64,000 nt of DNA from contig JANOEP010000054.1 in assembly GCA_031441465.1 (NCBI GenBank), positions 1-64,000 on the forward strand, in the 5' to 3' direction. Each line of letters starts with the position of its first letter. Positions within the stretch are counted from its first letter, which is position 1. Origin of the DNA: a bacterium (GTDB taxonomy: Bacteria; Krumholzibacteriota; Krumholzibacteriia; LZORAL124-64-63). Shown here one piece after another: positions 9,129-19,109 of this stretch. Made by a program: the position numbers and the translations under genes. The notes under the pieces are model-generated. The model had not been told where the DNA came from. It ran no database searches and saw nothing but the letters and a program-made list of their open reading frames with translations.

Positions 9129-10391
9129 ATGCCCGAGTCCTCAGCGTCGATCCCCATCCTGGTACGCAAGTACGGCGGTTCCTCGCTGGCCTCGGTGGAC
9201 CGCATCGGCGCCGTGGCCCGCGACCTGGCCGCCCGGCGCGCCGAGGGCTGCCGGCTGGTCGTGGTGGTCAGCGCGATGGGCCGACACACCGACGAGCTGG
9301 AACACCTGGCCCGCCAGGTCAGCCCGCGACCGCCGCGCCGCGAGCTGGACATGCTGCTGTCGGTCGGCGAGCGCGTCTCGATGTCGTTGCTCTCGATGGC
9401 GCTGGAAGTCTGCGGCGTGCCCGCGATCTCCCTGACCGGCAGCCAGTGCGGCGTGATCACCGACGAGAGCCACACCGAGGCCCGCATCCTCGAGGTGCGC
9501 GCCGACCGCGTGCGCGAGGCCCTGGACCGCGGCCTGGTCGTGGTGGTCGCCGGTTTCCAGGGCGTGAGCCGCCAGAAGGAGATCACGACCCTGGGCCGCG
9601 GCGGCAGCGACGCCACCGCCGTGGCGCTGGCCGCGGCCCTCGGCGCCGAGCGCTGCGAGATCCTCAAGGACGTCGACGGCGTCTTCACCGCCGACCCGCA
9701 CCTCGTCGAAGGTGCGCGCCGCCACGACACGCTCGCCTACGACGAGATGGCGGCCGTGGCCGAGGCCGGCTGCGAGGTCGTCCACCCGCGGGCCGTCGCC
9801 TACGCCCGCGAGCACGGCGTCCCGCTGTTCGTGGGCTCGAGCTTCCACGACAGCCCCGGCACGCTGATCGGTCCGGCCGCCGTGACGGCCGACCGCCCCG
9901 CAACCCCGAATCCCCCTTCGCGCCTGCGCCCGCTGTCCCTGGTGGCGACCGACGACGTCGCGCTGCTCGACCTGTCCACCGACGATCCCGCGCGCTTCAC
10001 CCGCTGGCGCGACGCCGCCGCGGCCGCCTGCCGGGGCGACCTGTTCCTCGGCGAGTGGCTCGAGCAGGGGCCCGGGCGCTGCCGCTGGCGGGTGCTGCAC
10101 CGCGCCGAGTCGCTGGCCCGCGTGCACGAACGTCTCGCCCCCGACGCCGGCGGTCCCGGCGATACGGTGCGCTTCCGCCGCGGCCTGACCTGCCTGTCCC
10201 TGGCCGGACGCCCGCCCGCCAACTGGGTGACCGTCGCGCGCCAGGTCGGGACGCTGCTGGCCGACCACGCCGTCGCGGAGTCCGAAATCCTCGCCGACGG
10301 CGCCGTCCTGCGGCTGCTCGTGCGGCCCGAGGACGCCGCCCGCCTCCTGCAGCCGCTGCACGACGCGTACCTCGCCGACGACACCCGTTGA
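9129..10391 (+). CDS. lysC: Aspartate kinase
   Basis: [49 protein letters not shown]. The C-terminal regulatory part is divergent. Confidence 0.92.
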   Translation: MPESSASIPILVRKYGGSSLASVDRIGAVARDLAARRAEGCRLVVVVSAMGRHTDELEHLARQVSPRPPRRELDMLLSVGERVSMSLLSMALEVCGVPAISLTGSQCGVITDESHTEARILEVRADRVREALDRGLVVVVAGFQGVSRQKEITTLGRGGSDATAVALAAALGAERCEILKDVDGVFTADPHLVEGARRHDTLAYDEMAAVAEAGCEVVHPRAVAYAREHGVPLFVGSSFHDSPGTLIGPAAVTADRPATPNPPSRLRPLSLVATDDVALLDLSTDDPARFTRWRDAAAAACRGDLFLGEWLEQGPGRCRWRVLHRAESLARVHERLAPDAGGPGDTVRFRRGLTCLSLAGRPPANWVTVARQVGTLLADHAVAESEILADGAVLRLLVRPEDAARLLQPLHDAYLADDTR

Positions 10392-10405
10392 GAGCACCCT
10401 GAAGC

Positions 10406-10437
10406 GGGCAGGGCGGGCCCGGCGGCCCGCCCTGCCC
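10406..10437. terminator. Strong hairpin between convergent genes
   Basis: gggcagggcgggcc-cggc-ggcccgccctgccc, a perfect 14-bp stem just after the lysC stop. Confidence 0.6.
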
Positions 10438-10497
10438 ATTCTGTTGTCCGCACCGGCGCGTCGCCTCACGGCGACCGTGGCGCGTCTGCTGTCGCGT

Positions 10498-11706
10498 CTA
10501 GAAGACGACCTGCAGGGTGATCCGCGACCAGAGCGCGTTGCCGCCGCTCGTGCCGGTCAGCAATCCCCCCGCCCTGAACGGGGCGGTGTCGGTGACGACC
10601 AGATCGGCGAGAAAATCGCCGAGGTGCAGGCCGATGCCGAGGCTGGCGTCCATGTCGTCGTCACTCACGTTCCGGTAAGCCGTCGACCAGAAGATCGTAT
10701 CGCTCCAGTGGCTCGTGACATCGCTCACGGACATGGTTTTCCAGGCGCCGCCGCGCACCGTGAGCCAGTGCAGGACACGCGCCTCCCCGCCCAGGCGCAC
10801 GGTCAGCGCCGTGGTGGACACGTCCTGCCCCAGCAACTGGACGGCGACGCCCTCGGCGGGATCGGACAGCTCGCGTTCGGTGCGGGACCAGGTCAGGGAC
10901 GCCTGCAGCATCCGGTCCGGATCCGGCAGCAGCACCAGGCCCAGCCCGCCGCTGAACAAGCTGGTGTCGCTCAGGTAATGAACCCCGTAACCATCATCAT
11001 CGATGGTACCACGATCCAGAATGCGCCCGAACCAATCCGCTTCGACGAGTTCGTAGTTCAGCGTACGTTCCCAGACCACACAGGGAACGAGTGCCAGATT
11101 CTCGCTCAGGCCGTGGAACAGCCGCCAGCGCAAGCCGAAGCTGTCCATGTCGCGATCGACGTGCACGACAGGGATGTAGTCGACATTGACGGTATCCCTC
11201 GTGTCGGTCCCCTCGCACGCCAAGTCGATCCAGGTCCTCGGCGCAATCTCCCAGCGCAGGCCGGCGCCCAGGTTCCACCGCGCGTTTTCGAACCAGCTGT
11301 CGTTCGCGCGGTTGGCGCGGACCCGGTTCCCGTAAGCGTGCTGCAGGCCGATCTGCCAAGCCCCACGCTTCAGGCTCCACATCAACCTGACATCCTGCTC
11401 GGGATCGTCGTCGTAAAGCCACAGGCCCGCCACGCCGTAGCGGCCGGCGCCGTCCAGGGAGAGGTGCGCGCCCAGCCCCTGGCCGGTCACGCTTGAGCCG
11501 TACTGCTCCCCGAGTTCCAGCAGCAGCAGGTCGGGGTAGGTCGCCAGGGTCCCGGGCCAGCGCCGGATATTGTCGGCGTCCTCGCAGTAGTCGCCGCCCC
11601 CCCCCATGCTCAGCAATCTGGTCGAGGTGGCGGCGGCGGGCAGAGCGGTGGACAAGGCGGCGAGCAGCAGCAGCGCCGTCAGGGCGGCGGTGTCGCGTCG
11701 GGACAT
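10498..11706 (-). CDS. Putative outer-membrane beta-barrel protein
   Basis: Signal peptide, amphipathic beta strands, C-terminal ITLQVVF (BAM-type signal), GGAGGA RBS. Confidence 0.7.
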   Translation of the reverse strand: MSRRDTAALTALLLLAALSTALPAAATSTRLLSMGGGGDYCEDADNIRRWPGTLATYPDLLLLELGEQYGSSVTGQGLGAHLSLDGAGRYGVAGLWLYDDDPEQDVRLMWSLKRGAWQIGLQHAYGNRVRANRANDSWFENARWNLGAGLRWEIAPRTWIDLACEGTDTRDTVNVDYIPVVHVDRDMDSFGLRWRLFHGLSENLALVPCVVWERTLNYELVEADWFGRILDRGTIDDDGYGVHYLSDTSLFSGGLGLVLLPDPDRMLQASLTWSRTERELSDPAEGVAVQLLGQDVSTTALTVRLGGEARVLHWLTVRGGAWKTMSVSDVTSHWSDTIFWSTAYRNVSDDDMDASLGIGLHLGDFLADLVVTDTAPFRAGGLLTGTSGGNALWSRITLQVVF

Positions 11707-11724
11707 GGGGTCCTCCCTCGCGGA

Positions 11725-13008
11725 TCAGTAGGGGGCGGTGTCGTAGAGTCTGAAATCACCCAGGCCGTAGGCGTCGTAGAAGCGGTACAGGACGCCGTCG
11801 CGGCGATAGTACCAGACCTCCCACTGGCCGGGGTAGGACAGATCCATGACCTGGGCCTCGACGCTGTCGGGGGGGCCGCGCTGGATGTGGACGCGGCCGC
11901 GGTCGCTCAGCGCCCCGCGGCCGAACTGGCCGAAGCGCCGGTCGGCCTCGACGATGCGCAGCAGGTGGGCGGCCTCGTCGGGGACCTCGCCGGCGGGCCG
12001 CGCGGCCCAGACCGCGCGCCAGGCCGCCGGCCGCTCGTCGACCGGCAGCGAGGCGAGCGCGCGCCGGGCCTCGCCGTCCAGGAAGCCGTCCAACCAGTCG
12101 ACGTGCAGGCGCCAGGCGGCGTCGTCGCGCCAGTCCACGCGCAGGTTGACGAGGTCGCGCCCCGGGGCCAGGTCGATGCGGCGACCGTCGCCGGTCTCCA
12201 GCGAGACGTCCAGCCGCAGCGGGCCGAACGGCAGGCTCGACGCCGGCGTCTCGAGGCGGCGCCGCAGGGTGTCGGTGGCGGCCGCGGGCAGTTCCTCGCG
12301 GCCGACGATCCGCTCGTCGCCGCCCGCGTCGGTGACGCGGAAGATCAGCGACGTGGGCGTCCGGGAGGCCTGCGCGACGGCGCTGGGATGACGGACCAGG
12401 GTCACCGCGACCCGCAGCGTGTCCGCGGCGGCCGCCTGCCCGTCCACTTCCGCGGGCACGTTCCAGTCGAAGCCGGCGAAGTACCAGGGCACGCCGCTGC
12501 CGGCCCCCGGATCGAAGCGCAGGTCCGTCCGCCAGACCCGGTCGGTGCCGCGCACGCGCGCGGTGAGCGCGATCTCGACCGGTCCCTCCCCTGCCAGCAC
12601 GACGGTGACGTCGCAGGCGAGGCGCTCGTCGGAACGGGTGGCCTCGTACGCGTCGGCCCGCGCCGTCGCTTCGGCGAAGCCGCCCCCGACGCGGCGGCCG
12701 TCGCGCTCGGCCACGACCGCCACCTGCAGGATCGCCAGGAAACCGGCGCCGTCGCGGGTGAAGACCAGGCCGCGACGGGGCACGCGCACGTGGACCACGG
12801 CGGCGGGCCGGCCCTGGGCGTCGTAGGTGGTCGAGACGGAGACGTCCAGGGCGGTGCCGGGGACGGGTCGGCCGCGGGCCGCGACCGGGGCGGGTGCCCA
12901 CGCGGATAGGGCGACGATCAGCAGCAGGATCGCGGACCGCAGCCGGGCTGCGGCCGCGGTCTCAGACCGTGGCCTTGCGGCGGGGCGGGTTCGGGGCGTC
13001 GCTTTCAA
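11725..13008 (-). CDS. GWxTD-domain-like exported protein (start uncertain)
   Basis: Signal-like [11 protein letters not shown]. The C-terminal W..R....H..RI..AD.RF....[18 protein letters not shown]....WEVWYY resembles the GWxTD domain. Confidence 0.75.
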   Translation of the reverse strand: MKATPRTRPAARPRSETAAAARLRSAILLLIVALSAWAPAPVAARGRPVPGTALDVSVSTTYDAQGRPAAVVHVRVPRRGLVFTRDGAGFLAILQVAVVAERDGRRVGGGFAEATARADAYEATRSDERLACDVTVVLAGEGPVEIALTARVRGTDRVWRTDLRFDPGAGSGVPWYFAGFDWNVPAEVDGQAAAADTLRVAVTLVRHPSAVAQASRTPTSLIFRVTDAGGDERIVGREELPAAATDTLRRRLETPASSLPFGPLRLDVSLETGDGRRIDLAPGRDLVNLRVDWRDDAAWRLHVDWLDGFLDGEARRALASLPVDERPAAWRAVWAARPAGEVPDEAAHLLRIVEADRRFGQFGRGALSDRGRVHIQRGPPDSVEAQVMDLSYPGQWEVWYYRRDGVLYRFYDAYGLGDFRLYDTAPY

Positions 13009-13681
13009 TCCTACCGTCCCGCAAGCGGATGATGCGCCGCGCGTGGGCGGCGATGTCTTCCTCGTGGGTCACTACCAGGATAGTATTGCCGCCGGCGTGC
13101 AGCCCGTCCAGGACGGACATGATTTCCTCGCTGGTCGTGGAGTCGAGGTTGCCCGTGGGCTCGTCGGCCAGGATCAGGGACGGGCGGCAGACCAGGGCGC
13201 GGGCGATGGCCACGCGCTGGCGCTGGCCGCCGCTCATCTCGTTGGGCTGGTGGGCCGCACGGTCGGTCAGGCCGACCTGCGCCATCACCGTCGCGACGCG
13301 TTCGCGGCGCTCCGCGGCGCCGACGCCCCCGTAGATCAGCGGCAGTTCCACGTTTTGGGCCGCGGTCAGGCGCGGCAGCAGGTTGAAGGTCTGGAAGACG
13401 AAACCGATCTCTCGGTTGCGCACGGCCGCCAGGGCGTCGTCGTCCATCTCGGCCACGGCCGCGCCGTTGAGCTGGTAGCTGCCCGTGCTGGGCGTGTCCA
13501 GGCAACCGATGAGGTTCATGAGGGTCGACTTGCCGGAGCCGCTGGCGCCCATGATCGCCACGTACTCGCCCTTGCGGATCTCCAGGTCCACGCCGTCGAC
13601 GGCGCGGACCTCCTCGGTGCCCACCTGGTAGACGCGCGTCAGGTCCGAGACGCGGATCAGGACCTCCCCCGCCCCGGTCAT
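12962..13681 (-). CDS. ABC transporter ATP-binding protein (MacB/LolD-like ATPase)
   Basis: [51 protein letters not shown]. Confidence 0.93.
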   Translation of the reverse strand: MTGAGEVLIRVSDLTRVYQVGTEEVRAVDGVDLEIRKGEYVAIMGASGSGKSTLMNLIGCLDTPSTGSYQLNGAAVAEMDDDALAAVRNREIGFVFQTFNLLPRLTAAQNVELPLIYGGVGAAERRERVATVMAQVGLTDRAAHQPNEMSGGQRQRVAIARALVCRPSLILADEPTGNLDSTTSEEIMSVLDGLHAGGNTILVVTHEEDIAAHARRIIRLRDGRIESDAPNPPRRKATV

Positions 13682-15042
13682 CGCGTCAACCCGTCGAGAG
13701 GGCGGCCGACGGCGCGGTCGAGCTTGAACGAGGCGATCCGGAAATCGCAGATCGCCTGGACCTCGTCGCTCTGGGCCGTGGCCAGGTTCACCTGGGCGGT
13801 GATCTGGTCGAGCATCGTGCCGGCGCCCACCTTGAAGCGCTCCTGGGCCAGGCGCAGCTGCTCCTGCGCGTTGGCGATGGTCTCGCGGCTGAGCGTTAGG
13901 CGCTCGCGGGCCTCGACCTGGCTGTTGTAGAGCTGCCGCACCTCGAGCTGGGCGTCGAGCTGGGCCTGGTCGAGGTTGTACTCGGCGATGCGCTGGCGGG
14001 CCTTGGCCTGGGAGCGCCCGGCGAGGGTGGTGAAGCGGTCGAAGAGGTTCCAGTTGACCGTGTAGCCGTAGCTGACGCTCATGCCCTCGGCGGAGCCGAA
14101 GGTGAAGCGCGACTCGTTCGACGTGCGGCTGTAGCGGGCGAACAGGCGCACCTGCGGCAGCAGCCCGCCGGTGACGGCCGTCACGTCGCCGCCGCGCGCT
14201 TCCACGCTGTACAGGCGGCTGCGCAGGTCCTGGCGGTTCGCGACGGCCTCCTGGAACAACACGTCCAGGTCGTCGACCTGGTCGTCGCGCTCGAGCAGGG
14301 AACGGTCGACGTCGAAACGCTCGGCCAGGGGACGGTTCATGGCGTGGGCCAGGTTGGCGAAGGCCTGCTCGACGGCGTTGCGGGCGCGGATGATCCCCAG
14401 GCGCGTCTGCTCCTGGCGCACCTTGGCCGACAGGACGTCGCTGCGGGCCGCCGAACCGATGCGGTGGTAGGTCTCGGCCTTCTCGAACTCGCGGGCGGCC
14501 AGGTCCTCGCTCTGGACGGCCACGTCCAGCAGCCGCTCCGAACGCAGCAGGTCGATGTAGGCGGCGGCCACGGTCTCGATCACCTGCTGGCGGCTGTAGG
14601 CCTCGCTGGCCTCGGCGGCCTGCAGGTCGCCGCGAGCGGCCTTGAGCCCGCCGAAGTCGCTGAACCCGCGGAACAGGTAGAGGTCACTGCTCGCTCCGTA
14701 GTCCCGGTACTTCGATTTCTCCTTGTCGTCGGCGATGATGTGCGTGACGGGGTTCTCGTAGTCGTAATCGGTGCGCTCGCTCTTCTGCCAGGTGCGCGAG
14801 AGGCTCAGGCTGGGCAGGAACTGCCCCCAGGCCTGCCGCACGCCCTGTCCGGCGATGCCGGTGTTCTCGGCGGCGACAGCCAGCGTCGGGCTCTCCTGCA
14901 GCGCGATGGCGACGCAGTCGGCCAGATCGTGGACGGGCAACTCAGCCGCGGCGGCGTGCAGGGGGAACGCCACGACGACCGCCAGCACGGCGACGCGACG
15001 GAAGGCGGCGAACAGGGGAACCATGCGCAGACTCCTTTGCAC
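13678..15042 (-). CDS. TolC family outer-membrane efflux protein
   Basis: Two OEP repeats (AL..SP.L, LP.LSL, AY..LL, A..RFKVG) and a signal peptide. Confidence 0.88.
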   Translation of the reverse strand: MQRSLRMVPLFAAFRRVAVLAVVVAFPLHAAAAELPVHDLADCVAIALQESPTLAVAAENTGIAGQGVRQAWGQFLPSLSLSRTWQKSERTDYDYENPVTHIIADDKEKSKYRDYGASSDLYLFRGFSDFGGLKAARGDLQAAEASEAYSRQQVIETVAAAYIDLLRSERLLDVAVQSEDLAAREFEKAETYHRIGSAARSDVLSAKVRQEQTRLGIIRARNAVEQAFANLAHAMNRPLAERFDVDRSLLERDDQVDDLDVLFQEAVANRQDLRSRLYSVEARGGDVTAVTGGLLPQVRLFARYSRTSNESRFTFGSAEGMSVSYGYTVNWNLFDRFTTLAGRSQAKARQRIAEYNLDQAQLDAQLEVRQLYNSQVEARERLTLSRETIANAQEQLRLAQERFKVGAGTMLDQITAQVNLATAQSDEVQAICDFRIASFKLDRAVGRPLDGLTR

Positions 15043-15077
15043 CTGGGGGCACCCGGGATCCGGACTCGTCCGCCCGG

Positions 15078-15106
15078 ATTGTAGTGAAGAGGGGCCGGCT
15101 TGCCAA
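15078..15106 (-). promoter_or_regulatory. Putative sigma70 promoter for the tolC-ATPase-GWxTD-OMP unit
   Basis: TTGGCA-N17-TACAAT on the minus strand. Confidence 0.55.
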
Positions 15107-15170
15107 ACGCATTTCCGGCCCCCACCCTGCGCGGGTCATCGGGGACGCAACAACGCCTTCAGACGCAGCG

Positions 15171-15203
15171 AAGGGGGCAGGGTTGCAGCCCCGCCCCCTT
15201 TTT
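15171..15203. terminator. Intrinsic terminator-like hairpin downstream of exbB
   Basis: aagggggcaggg-ttgcag-ccccgcccccttttt; the longer T-run is on the plus strand. Confidence 0.55.
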
Positions 15204-15269
15204 ACTCCGCTGCGGCCGCTTCACGGCCCCGTCGGGCGAGCCTCCCGGCCCGGTCGCGCCGCCGCCGGA

Positions 15270-16124
15270 CTACGCGCGCTGCCGGCGGCCCAGCTCCTCG
15301 ACCAGTTCGGCCGAAGCCTGCTCCATCTCGCCCACGAACCGGTCGATGCGCTTCACGAACCAATTGAAGGCGATCGCGGCGGGGACCGCGATGATCAGGC
15401 CGGCCACCGTGGTGATGAGCGCGTCGGAGATGCCGTAAGCCACGAGACGGGCATTGACCGTGTCGCTGTTCGCGATGGCGTCGAAGGCCTTGATCATGCC
15501 GAACACCGTGCCCAGGAAGCCGATCAGCGGCGCGATGGTCGACACCGAGGCGATCCAGATCAGGCCCCGCTCGAGGAATGCCATCTCGATGGTGCCGGCG
15601 GTGGCGACGGCTTTCGACACGGCGGCCTGGTCGTGGTCGGCCTTCTGCAGGCCGGCGTGAAGGACGGCCGCGATGGGGCCGCGCACCTTCAGGCACTCCT
15701 CGCCGGCGGCCTCCACCCCGTCGTTGCGCAGCGTGGTGATGATCGAGCCGACGAGCTTGCGGGAATTCACGGCCGCGCGGTTGAGGATCCAGATCCGCTC
15801 GATCATGAGCCCCAGGCCGAAGACGGCCGTCAGCAGCAGCCACCACATGAAGGCGCCGCCCCTGACGAACATCTCGCCGAAGGCGGTCTTGCCCAGCGCC
15901 GTGCTTTCGAACATGCCCATCAGGCCCTTGGCGGACGTGTCGATCACGACGGGCAGTTCACGCACCGAATCCTGGACCCCGGAGGCGAAGGCCAGCGAGT
16001 CCGGCGTCGCCATGATTCCCTCGATGTTGCTGCCGGCCAGCGCCGGCGCCGTGAGGACGAGCGCGGAGACACACACCGCGAGCAACGAGAAACCGGCGTG
16101 GGAATACATGCGATGACGTGCCAT
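15270..16124 (-). CDS. MotA/TolQ/ExbB proton-channel family protein with N-terminal signal/extension
   Basis: IAPLIGFLGTVFGMIKAF and GISDALITTVAGLIIAVPA signatures; ATG 16124 inferred. Confidence 0.9.
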   Translation of the reverse strand: MARHRMYSHAGFSLLAVCVSALVLTAPALAGSNIEGIMATPDSLAFASGVQDSVRELPVVIDTSAKGLMGMFESTALGKTAFGEMFVRGGAFMWWLLLTAVFGLGLMIERIWILNRAAVNSRKLVGSIITTLRNDGVEAAGEECLKVRGPIAAVLHAGLQKADHDQAAVSKAVATAGTIEMAFLERGLIWIASVSTIAPLIGFLGTVFGMIKAFDAIANSDTVNARLVAYGISDALITTVAGLIIAVPAAIAFNWFVKRIDRFVGEMEQASAELVEELGRRQRA

Positions 16125-16361
16125 TGTGCCTGCTCTCCCTTTCCAGATGGAGACCCGTGGGACCGCCCGCCGTCGGACGGCCAGATCGCGTCTGGGAACC
16201 GTCCTGTCGCAGAGCCGGGTCGAGCCGAATTTCCCAGCGCTCAACAGCGCTCTCCGCCGGCCCTGGCCGGGGGATTATCTTGCCCTGAAATAAGTGCCAA
16301 CGCGGGACGCAAGTCAACAGCATTCATAGGGATCAGGGCCGCGGGGACGGTCGGCGCCGCG

Positions 16362-17975
16362 TTAACGCGAGGGGCCGCTGTGGTTGAAGGCGTTGGTCGA
16401 TTCCAGGTTGTAGACGCCCCCGCCGAGTCGGGCCAGGAACAGGAAGTTCAGACCCAGGGGCATCGACGAATACTGGTTGGGGAACAGGGGTTTGCCGCGG
16501 CCCTTGTACTTCCACAGTTCGAAAGCTTTGTATTTCTCCTGGGAGGTGGCACGGTCCAGCCTCTGGCGCACGGCCAGGGTGCTCTGCTCCTGGTCCGTGT
16601 ACTGGTCGCGCATCACCAGCCCCTCGTTGGCCGGCAGGAACGAGTCGTGCACGCGGGACAGGGCGTCCTCGAAGTCCAGGGCGTTGGCCGGCACGTCCTG
16701 CTTCTCGACCTCGTCGGGGGGACCGAGCAGAAGGTAGACCAGACCGCGGTCGTCCAACGGCCCGAAACGGCCCAGGCCGCCCAGGAACCGGTTCACGTAG
16801 CTGACCCGCTGCTTGTACTCCTCGAGGGCCTCGTTGCCGGTCGTCGCGGGATCGGGATCGAGTTCGTCCCAGAACTCGGCGAGGATCGCTTCGCGGCCGG
16901 TGCGCCCGGCCTGCTCGAAGGCCACGCGCCGGTCGCCCAGCAGCACCAGCCGGCCCATGGCCTCGGTGTCGCCGGCGGGACGGGTCATCGCCTGCAGACT
17001 CCAGATGATGTCGAACTCCACGACCCAGGCGTTGCCCCAGCCGTCCAACGGCGCGCAGCTGAGCTGGTAGGAACCGGGCGGCAGGCGGTTCACGTCGTAG
17101 GCCCAGGTCACCGACGCGAAACCCCCGGCGGCGGCGAAGGACTCGGGATCGAGCCCGAGTTCCAGCGTGTCGCGCACGACGTAGTCCAGGTCGCGGGCGA
17201 GCACCTGCATCAGGAGCGTGCGCGGCAGGCGCCCGTGGTCGGCCGGACCGAGGCCCACCGCTTCGGCGTCGAAGGTGACCTGCAGCCGTTCCTGTTCCAA
17301 ACCGTAGCGCCGGTTGGGGTGCAGGAACATCGCCAACCGGTCTCCGAGCGGGCGCGCGGACACCACGGCCCGGCTCCCCTCGCCGGGCTGGGGCGCGCCC
17401 GACAGGAACAGCGGCGCGTGGAGCCACAAACCGCGCAGGTCGGCGGGGGGCGACTCCCGGAACCACTCCCCCGTCACGATGGATTCCGCCGCGGGCCGGT
17501 CGTCCCGGGGCCGGTCGTCGCGGCCGTTCGCCGCCGGTTCCTGCAGTCGGCAGCGCAGCTCGCCGTGCGTGGCCATCACGCCGGCGAGGCGCAGGGTGAA
17601 GACCTGGTACGTGGTGGGCGAGTCCGCTTCCTCCCGCGTGCGCGCCGCCATCGTGATCATCTCGCGGCGCTCGTGTTTCGTCCCGTCCGCGGCGACCAGC
17701 ACGGCCTCGACCTGCAGCCCGGCGCTCTGGCCGCCTCCCGCCAGTTCGCGGAAGTTCAGACCGGCGTTGGTCACCGAGAACAGCAGCAGGACGTCGGTGG
17801 CGCCGTCCGCCGCCGGCAGGTTGGCGAAATCGAGGGAGACGCCGAGGCTGCCACTGCCGTCGAGCGGGCGCACCAGGGCGGCCGACGCCGCGACGGCGGC
17901 CGCGACCACGGCGAACGCCGCCAGCAGGGCGGCGAAACGGGCGGAGCTTCCGGTGGAGTGAGGATCGATTCTCAT
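16362..17975 (-). CDS. GWxTD-domain-like exported protein
   Basis: Signal peptide, Ig-like LPPGSYQL segment, then EFW..LDPDPAT..NE..EEY..RV.YVN.F....GPLDDRG.VY...GPPD.VE. Confidence 0.8.
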   Translation of the reverse strand: MRIDPHSTGSSARFAALLAAFAVVAAAVAASAALVRPLDGSGSLGVSLDFANLPAADGATDVLLLFSVTNAGLNFRELAGGGQSAGLQVEAVLVAADGTKHERREMITMAARTREEADSPTTYQVFTLRLAGVMATHGELRCRLQEPAANGRDDRPRDDRPAAESIVTGEWFRESPPADLRGLWLHAPLFLSGAPQPGEGSRAVVSARPLGDRLAMFLHPNRRYGLEQERLQVTFDAEAVGLGPADHGRLPRTLLMQVLARDLDYVVRDTLELGLDPESFAAAGGFASVTWAYDVNRLPPGSYQLSCAPLDGWGNAWVVEFDIIWSLQAMTRPAGDTEAMGRLVLLGDRRVAFEQAGRTGREAILAEFWDELDPDPATTGNEALEEYKQRVSYVNRFLGGLGRFGPLDDRGLVYLLLGPPDEVEKQDVPANALDFEDALSRVHDSFLPANEGLVMRDQYTDQEQSTLAVRQRLDRATSQEKYKAFELWKYKGRGKPLFPNQYSSMPLGLNFLFLARLGGGVYNLESTNAFNHSGPSR

Positions 17976-18019
17976 GCCTGCCCCCGCATCTGCGTGGAGA
18001 ACGACGCGCCTGTCGACTC

Positions 18020-18048
18020 AATCTAGGGAATCGGCCCGCCCGCGCCAA
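18020..18048 (-). promoter_or_regulatory. Putative sigma70 promoter for the GWxTD gene
   Basis: TTGGCG-N17-TAGATT. Confidence 0.5.
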
Positions 18049-18061
18049 ACGGAGAGGCGCG

Positions 18062-18091
18062 AAAAGCCCGCCCCCCTGCAGGGGCGGGCTT
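18062..18091 (-). terminator. Rho-independent terminator after the PorV-like gene
   Basis: Minus strand aagcccgcccc-tgcagg-ggggcgggct-tttc. Confidence 0.7.
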
Positions 18092-18112
18092 CACGGCCGT
18101 CGAGGCTCGCCC

Positions 18113-19045
18113 CTAGTAGATGAAGGTCAGCGTCAACCGGTGCACGTAGCTCAAGGCCTGCATGTCGACCATGCTGTAGTCGAAGAGGGCCTTGGCGTCC
18201 TTGCCCGTGTTGATGGCCACGCCGAAACCCCAGGCCAGCTTGTCGCTGTCGTAACCGAGGTTGTAGCCCACGCGCCCGAAGAGCAGGTCGCGCATGCTGT
18301 ACTCGAAGCCCACGTTCGCCCGCTCGGCGTTGTCCGCAGGGTGTTGGAACTCGGCCGAGGCCAGGACCCGGTGGTCCTTCGTGTCGACGGCGTTGAAGCT
18401 GGCGCCCACCTTGAACGTCGTCGGCATCTTCGCCGGCAACTCGTCGAAGGTGATCTTGCCGCCGAGGTTCTGGATCACCATGCCCAGGCGCAGATTGCGC
18501 ACGCTGATGCGGTACAGGATGCCGAAGTCGAAACCGGCGGTGTTGACGGCTTCCTCGGCCAGACCGGCGTGGAGGTAATTCAGGGTGAAGCCGGCCGAAA
18601 ACTTGTCGGTCCAGAATCGGCTGTAGGACAGGCCGAAAGCGACCGAACCGGCGTCGAACGTCTCGCCGTTGCCCTCGGGCCGGTTGGCCGTGCGGACCGG
18701 CATCGGGTCCAGCCACAACGACCGCACGGAGAAGCCGAAGGTCCCGGGCAGGACCCGCGGGTTCATGGCCAGGACGGCGGAACTCAGGTTGATGTCCGCC
18801 GGCCATTCGACCTGGGACACCAGGAACTCGTTCCCCCGGACCTCGACCAGGCCGGCCGGATTCCAGAAGACGGAACTGGCGTCGTCGGCGACGGCCGTGA
18901 ACGCCGATCCCATGCCCGTGGCCCGGGCGCTGGTCCCGATTTGGAGGAACTGCGCGCCGAAGGTGCCCACCTTCTCGAAGAGTTCCGCCTGAGCGGCGGC
19001 GGGCAGGACCAGGGCGGCAAGGGCCAGGATCGCAATGCGTCTCAT
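18113..19045 (-). CDS. PorV/PorQ family (FadL-like) outer-membrane protein
   Basis: GAQFLQIGTSARATGMGSAFTAVADDASSVFWNPAGL N-terminus, FDFGILY, RVGY, C-terminal HRLTLTFIY; GGAGG RBS. Confidence 0.85.
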   Translation of the reverse strand: MRRIAILALAALVLPAAAQAELFEKVGTFGAQFLQIGTSARATGMGSAFTAVADDASSVFWNPAGLVEVRGNEFLVSQVEWPADINLSSAVLAMNPRVLPGTFGFSVRSLWLDPMPVRTANRPEGNGETFDAGSVAFGLSYSRFWTDKFSAGFTLNYLHAGLAEEAVNTAGFDFGILYRISVRNLRLGMVIQNLGGKITFDELPAKMPTTFKVGASFNAVDTKDHRVLASAEFQHPADNAERANVGFEYSMRDLLFGRVGYNLGYDSDKLAWGFGVAINTGKDAKALFDYSMVDMQALSYVHRLTLTFIY

Positions 19046-19109
19046 GGAAACCTCCAGAACCCTCTCGCGTCGGTAACAGCCGACCGGCTCCGGCCGGCGC
19101 GGCGTGCGG

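Noticed and set aside
7025..10402. 1125 aa ORF spanning mreB, radC and lysC
   Set aside because: Antisense to mreB/radC and out of frame with lysC; Arg/Gly/Pro-rich artefact.
16280..16320. Sigma54 promoter upstream of exbB (TTGGCAC)
   Set aside because: The required GC at -12 is missing (GG-N10-AG), and the alternative sigma70 match is weak.
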